A stretch of 38,128 nucleotides of DNA. Origin: an uncultured Muribaculaceae bacterium (lineage in GTDB: Bacteria > Bacillota_I > Bacilli_A > RF39 > UBA660). The notes under the pieces were generated by a model. It saw only the letters and a list, made by a program, of their open reading frames with translations, was not told the DNA's origin and did no database searches. Below, in pieces: positions 26,487 to 35,211 of this stretch. Every line of letters starts with the position of its first letter. Position 1 is the stretch's first letter. The position numbers and the translations under genes were made by a program. The stretch lies in NCBI GenBank assembly GCA_964431705.1, contig CAYSJY010000001.1:1-38128 (forward strand), read 5' to 3'.

Positions 26487-27794
26487 ATGAATTACGCATA
26501 TTGGGCATCAATAGAAGATGTCAAAAAAAACTTAAAAAAGGTAGACTTAAAAAAAGAAATTAAAAAATCTGGAATTCCAATAGCTTATGATGATGAAGGT
26601 ATTTATATTAATGATGGTGAGGGCCATACGTTAGTTGTTGGTGCGGAAGGCTCAGAAAAAACACAGCTTGTAATATTACCAGTAATTAATTTATCGATGA
26701 AAGCTGGTGAGTCAATATTAGTAAATGATGTAAAAGGAGAGCTTTATAAAAATACAAGCGTTAAATTACTTGAAGAGGGATATGATGTTAAAGTAATTGA
26801 TTTTAATGATTTTACCAAAGGGGACTTTTGGAATCCATTTGATTTGGTAATAAGAATATACAAAGAAAATAAAGATTATGCAAAAGAACTTATTAACATC
26901 ATTGCAAGTTACTTAATACCCGTAAGTAATCCGGATGATTTTTGGTCAAATTCAGCTTCTAACTTATTTACTGGAGCAGCTTTATACTTACTTGAGAATA
27001 ATAAGGAATTATCACTAAATTCTATATTTGATTTGATTAGTAGATTCGAAGATGAAAAAGAAATTTCTAATTTTAAAAATAAATTAAATAAAAAGGCGGC
27101 TTCATACGCTTATCTTACAAGTGTTTTAGCATCTCTGAAGGAAACAAGATTAAGCATTATATCTGTATTAAATCAGACTCTAACTGATTTAATATCTAAT
27201 GCATCATTAAATGATACTTTATCAAAAAGTACGTTTGATATCATGAGTTTTAACAGTTCTAAAACAGCTTTATTTATCATACCTAACAGGTTTAAAAAAT
27301 ATATTAACTTGCAAAGTCTTTTTATAAATGAAATATATGAAGCGATTAACTACGTAGGAGTTAAAAATAATGTTAACTTTATTCTTGATGACTTTGATGA
27401 ATTAGATGAAATCAAAAACATAAGTTCAATGTTAAGTTATTCAAGAGGGTTAAGAATAAGATTTATTAATTGCATTAGAAGTTATTTAAACCTTGAAAGA
27501 GTATATAAAAAACATAATATAGAGCTTTTGGAAATGTGTTTTTCTAACATAATTTATTTATACTCTAATGATTTGCATACGCTAGAAAAAATAAGTAAAT
27601 TATGTGGTGATAAAAAAGATGAGAAAGGTAATGTTGAACCATTTGTAACCAAAGAAGAGTTAAGGGTTATTAATAGTATGAACGCTATTGTGATAATGGC
27701 AAGGACAATGCCTTTAAAAACTAAGATGATTCCTAATTATAAAATAAATTGGGGATATGAAGTAAAAGAAAATGAAATTCCAGAAAAAGAATAA
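26487..27794 (+). CDS. soluble VirD4/TraG/TraD-like (type IV coupling protein family) ATPase homologue with degenerate Walker A
   Basis: GHTLVVGAEGSEKTQLVILPVINLS...ESILVNDVKGELY......L.EEGYDVKVIDFND...GDFWNPFD...DDFWSNSASNLFTGAALYLL and Walker-B-like NFILDDFDEL are collinear with T4SS-DNA_transf proteins. There are no N-terminal TM helices. Walker A reads GAEGSEKT (nt 26640-26663) instead of GxxGxGKT. AAAGGAGG RBS before the ATG at 26487. Confidence 0.65.
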   Translation: MNYAYWASIEDVKKNLKKVDLKKEIKKSGIPIAYDDEGIYINDGEGHTLVVGAEGSEKTQLVILPVINLSMKAGESILVNDVKGELYKNTSVKLLEEGYDVKVIDFNDFTKGDFWNPFDLVIRIYKENKDYAKELINIIASYLIPVSNPDDFWSNSASNLFTGAALYLLENNKELSLNSIFDLISRFEDEKEISNFKNKLNKKAASYAYLTSVLASLKETRLSIISVLNQTLTDLISNASLNDTLSKSTFDIMSFNSSKTALFIIPNRFKKYINLQSLFINEIYEAINYVGVKNNVNFILDDFDELDEIKNISSMLSYSRGLRIRFINCIRSYLNLERVYKKHNIELLEMCFSNIIYLYSNDLHTLEKISKLCGDKKDEKGNVEPFVTKEELRVINSMNAIVIMARTMPLKTKMIPNYKINWGYEVKENEIPEKE

Positions 27795-27827
27795 AATTAT
27801 AAAACCTTTTGTGTTTTTTCACGTAAT

Positions 27828-27865
27828 GCATATAGGAAGTATGAAACCTATATGCTCTTTTATTT
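27828..27865 (+). terminator. rho-independent terminator
   Basis: gcatatagg / cctatatgc 9-bp perfect stem, 10-nt loop, T-rich tail. Confidence 0.75.
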
Positions 27866-27964
27866 CACCTTGTTAGTCTGTTTTGACATAATTATTTACA
27901 TTGTAAATTAAAATTTATACTAATAATATTAGAATTTTGATAAAATTAAATTGGAGGGTTATAT

Positions 27965-28615
27965 ATGAGTACAACTATTTATATTACAAGACATTCTATT
28001 CCTATGAACATGTATCCATCGATTAAAAATGAGGATGAATTTCAAACTAAAAATGAAAAGCAAATACTTTCGGTAGAAGGAGAAAAAAGGGCCAAAAAAC
28101 TAAGTAAATTAGAAGAATTACAAGATGTTGATATTGTTATATCAAGTAACTATGTAAGGGCTATTGCAACTGCTAAATACGTAGCGAACAAAAATGATAA
28201 AGATATAATAATACACGATGATTTTGGAGAAAGAAAATTTGGTAATATTAATTCATATAGTGAGTTACCAGAAGATTTTTATGAATGTCAAGCAAAAGAT
28301 GAAACGTATAAACTTCCTGGTGGTGAATCAAGAAAAGAGGTTGCAGAAAGAATTTTTAATGCGTTAAATTATGTTTTAAATGAATATAAAAACAAAAAGA
28401 TTTTTATCGTAACACATGGTACCGCGTTATCCTGCCTTTTTTCTAAAATAGCGAAAGTTGTGGTTACTGATTATAAGGAATATAAAATGAATTTATATTT
28501 TAATGATAAGTTAATATTTGATGGTATAAGATTCGATGCACCAGAATTATTTAAACTAGAGTTTGATGAGAATAATAAATTAACCAATTTAAAGAACATA
28601 AAAATAAAATATTAA
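27965..28615 (+). CDS. histidine phosphatase family protein
   Basis: IYITRHS (RH motif), SSNYVRAIATAKY, GGESRKEV, VTHGTAL. GGAGGG RBS. Confidence 0.72.
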   Translation: MSTTIYITRHSIPMNMYPSIKNEDEFQTKNEKQILSVEGEKRAKKLSKLEELQDVDIVISSNYVRAIATAKYVANKNDKDIIIHDDFGERKFGNINSYSELPEDFYECQAKDETYKLPGGESRKEVAERIFNALNYVLNEYKNKKIFIVTHGTALSCLFSKIAKVVVTDYKEYKMNLYFNDKLIFDGIRFDAPELFKLEFDENNKLTNLKNIKIKY

Positions 28616-28639
28616 TTATTCAATTTTAAAGGAAGCTTA

Positions 28640-29860
28640 ATGATGAATAAAAAATATTTAAAGGTAATGTTTGGCAATACTAGCGGTGCAGACAAAGCTT
28701 TAAAATATAAATTAAATGCGGTTAATGTTGCAAAAAAATGGAATCCTAAGGCTAATAATCCAGAAGATATGGGAGGATTTAACTTTAGTGTGGAAGATAA
28801 AATATTAAGATGGCTAGTTAGAGGGGATACTTTATATGATGTTACCATTCCAGAAGATGCTGATATTATTGATGTAGAAAGTAAATCTGCACCTCATGGC
28901 GTGTTTAGATCAAACAAAATAATGTTATCAAACCAAAGAAAAATAACCGATGATATAGCGATGGATTTATACTTAAAATCAGATTTACCAGAAAAATCAT
29001 ATTATAAAGCTTTGATAGGATGTGCGGTTAGAGGATATAAGAATACTTGTTTTAAAATTATAAAAGATAAAATAAATAAAAATAACATTGATATTGTTTT
29101 AAGCGAAGCAAATGACTTTATCGAACCTTATAAAAAAGATGATAATTCTAAAAATAAAAATGAAGTATTGGATGAGGTTCTTGAGTGTTTAAATGAAATA
29201 AAAAGTAATACACTAATTAGTATGTTTGTTGATAAAAAAACGTATTTTAAGAAGATAAGTAGTGATAAGGTTATTAATATAACAGGTGAATCAGGAAGCG
29301 GGAAGTCTACTTATACAGATAAATATTTAAATGATGATAATTATATCATAATAGATACTGATTTAGTATTTAATAATGATTTAGTAAATAATAAATACTT
29401 AAATGAAATAAGGAGTTTGTTTAAAGATAAAGAAAAAGATATTTTGATAAATGATTTTGATTACTTTTATAAGACTATTACAGATTATTTTAAAGAAAGC
29501 AATAAGACATTGGTAATTGATTCCGCACAATATCGAAATATTAAAGATTATTCAATATTAAAAGGAACTATAATAATTCTTAGAATAAGTGCTAATACAT
29601 GCTATGAAAGATGTATTAATAGATGGAAGAATAATCATAAAAATTATAGTAATGAGGAGCTTACTAAGTTTATGAAAAAGAAAGAGGGTATATATTCTTG
29701 GTATAAATATTTAAATTGCTTTATAGAAAAAGTGGATAAAATGAAGGAATATAAGATTTTTCCTAATAAAGAAACTTTTAATGCTATAAATAGTGCCTAT
29801 GAAGACGATGAAAAAATTTTTAATTCAGTAGACGATTTATTTAAAGAGCTTAATAAGTAA
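28640..29860 (+). CDS. three-part protein: unknown N-domain, P-loop nucleoside/nucleotide-kinase-like domain, DinJ/RelB-like C-terminal peptide
   Basis: 406 aa. Walker A GESGSGKST (nt 29285-29311), IIIDTD, VIDSAQ and an RxxxR lid-like CYERCINRWK. The last 32 aa, PNKETFNAINSAYEDDEKIFNSVDDLFKELNK (nt 29762-29857), resemble the toxin-wrapping C-terminus of DinJ (PNQLTIQSIKNSEAG...DADDLFDKLGI, recalled from memory). Confidence 0.6.
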   Translation: MMNKKYLKVMFGNTSGADKALKYKLNAVNVAKKWNPKANNPEDMGGFNFSVEDKILRWLVRGDTLYDVTIPEDADIIDVESKSAPHGVFRSNKIMLSNQRKITDDIAMDLYLKSDLPEKSYYKALIGCAVRGYKNTCFKIIKDKINKNNIDIVLSEANDFIEPYKKDDNSKNKNEVLDEVLECLNEIKSNTLISMFVDKKTYFKKISSDKVINITGESGSGKSTYTDKYLNDDNYIIIDTDLVFNNDLVNNKYLNEIRSLFKDKEKDILINDFDYFYKTITDYFKESNKTLVIDSAQYRNIKDYSILKGTIIILRISANTCYERCINRWKNNHKNYSNEELTKFMKKKEGIYSWYKYLNCFIEKVDKMKEYKIFPNKETFNAINSAYEDDEKIFNSVDDLFKELNK

Positions 29861-29878
29861 GTTCTTTTTTTATTGAGA

Positions 29879-29907
29879 TTGACTATTTGGTTGGTATTTG
29901 ATATTAT
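29879..29907 (+). promoter_or_regulatory. sigma-A type promoter
   Basis: TTGACT, exactly 17 nt of spacer, then TATTAT; 32 nt upstream of the GTG at 29940. Confidence 0.55.
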
Positions 29908-29939
29908 ATAAAACGCTTATAAAAAGAGGGGGATAAAAG

Positions 29940-30947
29940 GTGAAATTAAATACGCAGGAAAAAATAAGGATGGGTGAAATAGCATTATTATTAAGTGGTG
30001 GAGTAGCATATTACTTATTAGAAAATCCAGATGTTAATGCTTATATGATATCTAATTTGATGGGACTTCCTTATGTTTTGGACGTTATTTCTTCATTTAG
30101 AACACAAAAGTTTACTGATGAGTGGAAAGAGTTAAAGAAACTAGATGATAATATTGTTTCTAATACCGCTTATATAATTGATTATATAGGGAATAATAAT
30201 CCTATTGGTATATTTGCAAGTTATATTTATTTATATAGACAAGGTTATTTATCTTATAATAAAAACTTTACGTATGATGCTGATATGAAAGATTTTTCAA
30301 CACTGCTTAGTGTTGATGTTTATAGGGGAAAAGGTGTTTGTAGATCAATTTCTGAATTATTAACAAAAATTTATAGAAAACTTGGTTATGATTCAAAAAC
30401 TTTAGTAGTAAATACAAATGAAATGGCTATAAAAGATAATATACATTTATCAAATATTAGTTTGCAAAAATCACAAACTGGTGGAAAATTAGCTGATAAG
30501 GTTATGAAAATAACAAGTGCTTTTCATACTCCAAATCATGCTATTACCTTAGTAAGTGATGGTATAAATAATTATAAATTAGATCCAACAAATGATTGTA
30601 TGTTTTTAACTGAAAATAAAAATAGATTTTTATCACCAACGTGTAGTTGGGGTGTTGTTAAAAATTATAGTTTTTTTAATACATTGTATAGTGTATTAGG
30701 TTTTTTAGATAATGATGTTAATATGTTTGGTGGTGTTAATCAATATGATAGGCCAGATATAGACATAAATCTTTATAAAGAACTATATTTGCAAGCATTA
30801 GAAATTTGTAGTCAAAATGAAAGCCTTTTTGATTATTTTTATGAAGACAATAAACCATTATATAAAGATGTAAATGAAATTTCAAATGCTCAAGGTAATA
30901 TTATAAAAAGATTGTTTCCAATAATTCCTAATAAAAAAGGTATTTAG
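29940..30947 (+). CDS. transglutaminase-fold (Cys-His-Asp) protein with N-terminal hydrophobic segment
   Basis: GTG start after AGAGGGGGA. GEIALLLSGGVAYYLL hydrophobic N-terminus. YRGKGVCRSISELLTKIYRKLGY (Cys134), PNHAITLV (His200), YKLDPTND (Asp215). Confidence 0.55.
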   Translation: MKLNTQEKIRMGEIALLLSGGVAYYLLENPDVNAYMISNLMGLPYVLDVISSFRTQKFTDEWKELKKLDDNIVSNTAYIIDYIGNNNPIGIFASYIYLYRQGYLSYNKNFTYDADMKDFSTLLSVDVYRGKGVCRSISELLTKIYRKLGYDSKTLVVNTNEMAIKDNIHLSNISLQKSQTGGKLADKVMKITSAFHTPNHAITLVSDGINNYKLDPTNDCMFLTENKNRFLSPTCSWGVVKNYSFFNTLYSVLGFLDNDVNMFGGVNQYDRPDIDINLYKELYLQALEICSQNESLFDYFYEDNKPLYKDVNEISNAQGNIIKRLFPIIPNKKGI

Positions 30948-30973
30948 ATGTACCTTTTTTAAATTAAAATATA

Positions 30974-31000
30974 TTAGCACTCTTGCTTGACAAGTGCTAA
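30974..31000. promoter_or_regulatory. CIRCE operator (HrcA binding site)
   Basis: TTAGCACTC-ttgcttgac-AAGTGCTAA against the consensus TTAGCACTC-N9-GAGTGCTAA: 17 of 18 positions match and the spacing is exact. Confidence 0.85.
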
Positions 31001-31015
31001 TGATTGCTATATAAT
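30987..31015 (+). promoter_or_regulatory. consensus sigma-A promoter of clpB, overlapping CIRCE
   Basis: TTGACA (30987-30992), 17-nt spacer, TATAAT (31010-31015). Confidence 0.8.
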
Positions 31016-31070
31016 GTATTAAGTAGCATGAAATAATGCAAATTATATTTATAGAATTGGGGTGAATAAT

Positions 31071-33176
31071 ATGTTTAATATGAATGAAGAACAAGAAGAA
31101 AATGTTTTAGAAAAATATGGTAGAGATATTACCAAACATGTTAAAGATGGAAAGGTAGATCCAGTAATAGGTAGGGATGATGAAATACGTTCTATTACTC
31201 GTATTTTATCTCGTAAAACAAAGAATAATCCGGTTTTAATTGGTGAGCCTGGTGTTGGTAAAACTGCTATTATAGAAGGACTTGCTGGGCGTATAGTCAA
31301 AGGTGATGTACCAAGTTCTTTAAAGGATAAAACGATTTGGGAACTTGATATGGCATCATTAATCGCTGGTGCAAAATATCGTGGTGAGTTTGAAGAAAGA
31401 TTAAAAAACGTTCTTAATGAGATTAAAAAGTCCGATGGTAACATTATCATGTTTATTGATGAAATTCACATGATTGTTGGTGCTGGAAAGCTAGAGGGTG
31501 CAATGGACGCTGGTAACATGTTAAAGCCAATGCTTGCAAGGGGTGAGATACACTGTATTGGTGCAACGACTTTAAATGAATATCGTAAGTATATTGAGTC
31601 TGATGGTGCCTTAGAAAGACGTTTTCAAAAAGTATTAGTTAAAGAACCTACCGTATCTGATACGATAACTATTTTAAGGGGATTAAAATCACGTTTTGAA
31701 GTTCATCATGGAGTTTCAATTTCAGATGGTGCTTTAGTCGCGGCAGCGACACTTTCAAATAGATACATAACTGATCGTTTCTTACCCGATAAGGCAATTG
31801 ATTTAATAGATGAGGCTTGTGCTACAATTCGGGTGCAAATGGATTCAGTGCCTGAAAACCTAGATAGCTTAACTCGTAGGATAATGAAACTACAAATTGA
31901 AAAAGAAGCTATTAAAAAAGATAAAGATGATATTAGCAAGCAAAGAGTAAAAGAATTAGATGTTCATATTAAAGAAATGAAAGATGAAGAATCTAAGTTA
32001 AGAAATGATTGGGAAAAAGAAAAAAACATACAAGCAGATATTAAAAAGACTAAAAAAGACTTAGAAGATGCACGTTTTAAACTTGAAATGGCAGAAAATA
32101 ACTATGATTTAGAATCTGCAGCAAGATTAAGACATGGCATTATTCCAGAGCTTGAAAAAAAGCTTGATAACTTAAAAAATAAAAGTGAAAATAAGATTTT
32201 ATCTGATAGAGTAACAGAAGAGTCTATCGCTAGCGTTATTTCAAGATGGACAAATATTCCAATTGCTAAATTATCGCAAGGGGAAAAAGAAAAAGTTTTG
32301 CACCTAGAAGAAAACATGAAAAAAAGAGTAAAAGGTCAAGATGAAGCATTAAAATTAGTTGGTGATGCTATTATTCGTTCAAGATCAGGTATTAAAGATG
32401 AAAACAGACCAATCGGTTCATTTATTTTCCTAGGACCAACTGGTGTTGGTAAAACCGAAGTTGCAAGAACACTTGCATATGAGTTATTTGACGATGAAAA
32501 ACACATGGTTAGAATTGACATGAGTGAGTACATGGAGTCTCATTCTGTTGCAAGATTAATTGGAGCACCTCCAGGATATGTTGGTTATGATGAGGGAGGA
32601 CAATTAACCGAGGCAGTAAGGAGAAATCCATACAGTATCGTCTTATTTGATGAAATAGAAAAAGCTCACAAAGACGTTTTAAACATTCTTCTTCAAATAC
32701 TAGATGATGGAAGAATAACGGATGGACATGGTCGTACGGTTGATTTTAAAAACACCATAATAATCATGACTTCCAACGTTGGAAGCCAGTATGTACTTGA
32801 TGGTAAAGTTGATGAAGATGTTGTAAAAGCTGAGTTAAAGAATTATTTTAGACCAGAATTCTTAAATCGTGTAGACGAAATAATCGTGTTTAACGCTTTA
32901 GAAAAAAACGTTATTTATCAAATACTAGATAAGTTAGTAGATGATTTAAATAAAAAGTTAAAACATCAAAGAATAACTATCAAGTTAAATGATAAATCAA
33001 GAGATTGGATCGTTGATAATGGTTATGATCATAACTTTGGTGCAAGACCTTTAAAAAGATTTTTATCTAAAAACTTAGAGACATTGCTTGCTAAAAAATT
33101 AATTGATGGAAGTATTATCACTGGTGATAATTTAACCATTGATGTTAAAAATAATGATTTAGTTATTTCAAAATAG
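31071..33176 (+). CDS. clpB: ClpB disaggregase lacking the N-terminal domain
   Basis: Two AAA+ modules (GEPGVGKT...FIDEIH; GPTGVGKT...[10 protein letters not shown]). A long coiled-coil middle domain lies between them ([18 protein letters not shown]...[10 protein letters not shown]). The protein starts directly at the LEKYGRDIT...[12 protein letters not shown] linker. ATG at 31071 follows GGGGTG. Confidence 0.92.
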   Translation: MFNMNEEQEENVLEKYGRDITKHVKDGKVDPVIGRDDEIRSITRILSRKTKNNPVLIGEPGVGKTAIIEGLAGRIVKGDVPSSLKDKTIWELDMASLIAGAKYRGEFEERLKNVLNEIKKSDGNIIMFIDEIHMIVGAGKLEGAMDAGNMLKPMLARGEIHCIGATTLNEYRKYIESDGALERRFQKVLVKEPTVSDTITILRGLKSRFEVHHGVSISDGALVAAATLSNRYITDRFLPDKAIDLIDEACATIRVQMDSVPENLDSLTRRIMKLQIEKEAIKKDKDDISKQRVKELDVHIKEMKDEESKLRNDWEKEKNIQADIKKTKKDLEDARFKLEMAENNYDLESAARLRHGIIPELEKKLDNLKNKSENKILSDRVTEESIASVISRWTNIPIAKLSQGEKEKVLHLEENMKKRVKGQDEALKLVGDAIIRSRSGIKDENRPIGSFIFLGPTGVGKTEVARTLAYELFDDEKHMVRIDMSEYMESHSVARLIGAPPGYVGYDEGGQLTEAVRRNPYSIVLFDEIEKAHKDVLNILLQILDDGRITDGHGRTVDFKNTIIIMTSNVGSQYVLDGKVDEDVVKAELKNYFRPEFLNRVDEIIVFNALEKNVIYQILDKLVDDLNKKLKHQRITIKLNDKSRDWIVDNGYDHNFGARPLKRFLSKNLETLLAKKLIDGSIITGDNLTIDVKNNDLVISK

Positions 33177-33200
33177 AATCTTTGTTGATTCTATTTTTAT
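33172..33200 (+). terminator. rho-independent terminator after clpB
   Basis: aatagaatc / gattctatt 9-bp stem overlapping the TAG stop, followed by a T-run. Confidence 0.75.
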
Positions 33201-33278
33201 GTTAATTTAATACTCGAAAAGTATAAAAATTAAAATATTGGTTTTTTATGATATAATAACTTTTAAGGAAGTGATGTT

Positions 33279-34130
33279 ATGGGTACTTTGTTTATTGTTG
33301 CAACACCAATAGGTAATTTATCAGATTTTTCCATAAGAGGTATTGAAACTCTTAAAAATTGTGATTATATTTTAGCGGAAGATACAAGACAAACGGTAAA
33401 ATTATTAAATCACTTTGATGTTAAAAACAAGATGGTTTCTTATCATAAATATAATGAAGAAAAAAGAAAACAAAGCATTATAGATGATTTGAAAAGTGGT
33501 AAAACAATAGCACTCGTATCAGATGCCGGAACTCCATGTATATCAGATCCTGGATACATCCTTGTAAAACACGCAAGAAAAAATAATATAAAAGTTGTTG
33601 CAATTCCTGGTTGTTCTGCACTAGTAGCAGCTTTATCAGTCGCAGGCTTAGATACTTCTTCTTTTACTTTTTACGGTTTTGTACCAACTGAAAACAAGCT
33701 AAAAAAAGAACTGTTTTATGATATAAAACACTCAAATGTGAAAACAAAAGTGGTTTATGAATCTCCTAAAAGAATAATTAAATTTTTAATGGAATTACTA
33801 CATGAAATACCAGGCTGTGTGGTCTGCGTAGCTTCTGAAATAACAAAGATTCATGAATCTTATGAATATGGTAAAATAAAAGATGTATACGAAAAAATGA
33901 AAAATAATCCAGACTCATTAAAGGGTGAATACGTTATTTTGATACAAAATGAAAAAGAAGAAGAAAAAGAAAATGAAATGTCAATTGAAGCTATGTTAAT
34001 GGATGTTATCGTAAAAGAAAGATGTACAATAAAAGACGCAATTAAAATACTAAGTGAAAAGCAAAAAGACATCTCTAAAAAAGATATATATAATGCTAGT
34101 TTAAACTTAAAAGATATATTAAAAAAATAA
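33279..34130 (+). CDS. rsmI: 16S rRNA (cytidine1402-2'-O)-methyltransferase
   Basis: LFIVATPIGNLSDFSIRGIETLKNCDYILAEDTR, SDAGTPCISDPGY, IPGCSA, ESPKR are the tetrapyrrole-methylase-fold RsmI blocks. Confidence 0.9.
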   Translation: MGTLFIVATPIGNLSDFSIRGIETLKNCDYILAEDTRQTVKLLNHFDVKNKMVSYHKYNEEKRKQSIIDDLKSGKTIALVSDAGTPCISDPGYILVKHARKNNIKVVAIPGCSALVAALSVAGLDTSSFTFYGFVPTENKLKKELFYDIKHSNVKTKVVYESPKRIIKFLMELLHEIPGCVVCVASEITKIHESYEYGKIKDVYEKMKNNPDSLKGEYVILIQNEKEEEKENEMSIEAMLMDVIVKERCTIKDAIKILSEKQKDISKKDIYNASLNLKDILKK

Positions 34131-34453
34131 TATATTATAATATCTAACTTAGTATGTTTTCATATAATATATTATGAAAGTTCATATTTTATTTAATTTG
34201 TTTATCCAAATATTCATAATTTTTATAAGTTCTAACTTGTTTTTTTATTCATCTCCGTTTAAGTTTGTAATTTCTATATTTATTATTTGGCTTGTTTTTG
34301 TCCCTTATTTTATAGAAATGTATAAAAGTAGCAGTATAAATACGTGTTATCATTATGTTTTTAGTATATTTTGTTTAATATTATTCATATTTTTAATTGT
34401 TTTTTAATAACTTTGTTATATAATAAAAGTATAAAAAGAATAGGAGATATGAC

Positions 34454-35164
34454 ATGAATAGTAATTTTAATGATATAATTGATGTTATTTTAACGTTTGT
34501 TGATGATGAAGAAATTAAGAAAAACGTTGCGGTATCTGGTAGTATCGTTCCTTATTTGGTTTCGAATAAAGAGTCGTTAGAAAATCATACTGACTTTTAT
34601 ATATTAGTTAAAAATAAAAAAATGACTCTAGTGAGAAATAAAATAAAAGAGTTTACCAAAGAGTATGAACTTGACTTTGTAACCGATTCTAAAAAATATA
34701 GTAAAGAAGATTATGGTTTTAAAGTAAAATATCAAGGAACAACAATAGGTTTTTTCCCGTACTCAATCATTGATAATAATTTAACTATTAAAACATATTC
34801 CATTAATAAAGATAAAGATAAGATTTACTTAAAGAAAAAAAGTATACCTAACGTAAGGAAAAGTAGCGTAATAAGACTTATTAACTTTCAAAAAAAACAA
34901 ATAAGAATAATGACTCCAGAATTTATTTTAGCGGATAAAGAAACCCATGAAAAAGAACCAGGTAATCCGACTGATGAAACCATGAGGTTATTAGATAAAA
35001 TTTGTGATGAGGATATTCTTAAATCCGTAAGACAAAGTGTAAGTGAAGAAAATATTAAAATAACTGAAAAAGAGTTGAATAATAACAATTATATTTTAAT
35101 TGCAATACTAGCAGGTTTAGTTATTCTTCTTATTGTTGTAGCATACATTTGTTTTAAAAATTAA
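34454..35164 (+). CDS. hypothetical C-terminally membrane-anchored protein
   Basis: 236 aa with a GGAG RBS. C-terminal helix YILIAILAGLVILLIVVAYICF. The N-terminal AVSGSIVPYL...DFYILV is only weakly reminiscent of a nucleotidyltransferase fold. Confidence 0.5.
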   Translation: MNSNFNDIIDVILTFVDDEEIKKNVAVSGSIVPYLVSNKESLENHTDFYILVKNKKMTLVRNKIKEFTKEYELDFVTDSKKYSKEDYGFKVKYQGTTIGFFPYSIIDNNLTIKTYSINKDKDKIYLKKKSIPNVRKSSVIRLINFQKKQIRIMTPEFILADKETHEKEPGNPTDETMRLLDKICDEDILKSVRQSVSEENIKITEKELNNNNYILIAILAGLVILLIVVAYICFKN

Positions 35165-35211
35165 TCCCAATTAGGGGATTTTTTTAGTATAATAATAGTG
35201 AGGTGATAAAA

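Noticed and set aside
26487-27794. The VirD4/TraG-like gene as evidence for an integrative conjugative element in this window
   Set aside because: No relaxase, VirB4/TcpF-like ATPase, integrase, oriT-like repeat or other transfer gene is present in the window. The protein lacks its membrane anchor and has a degenerate P-loop.
34174-34407. 77-aa ORF (MKVHILFNLFIQIFIIF...) as a membrane protein gene
   Set aside because: There is no RBS. The composition is almost only Phe/Ile/Leu/Ser, as expected from translating T-rich intergenic DNA. It lies in the rsmI terminator/promoter gap. I kept it out of the feature list.
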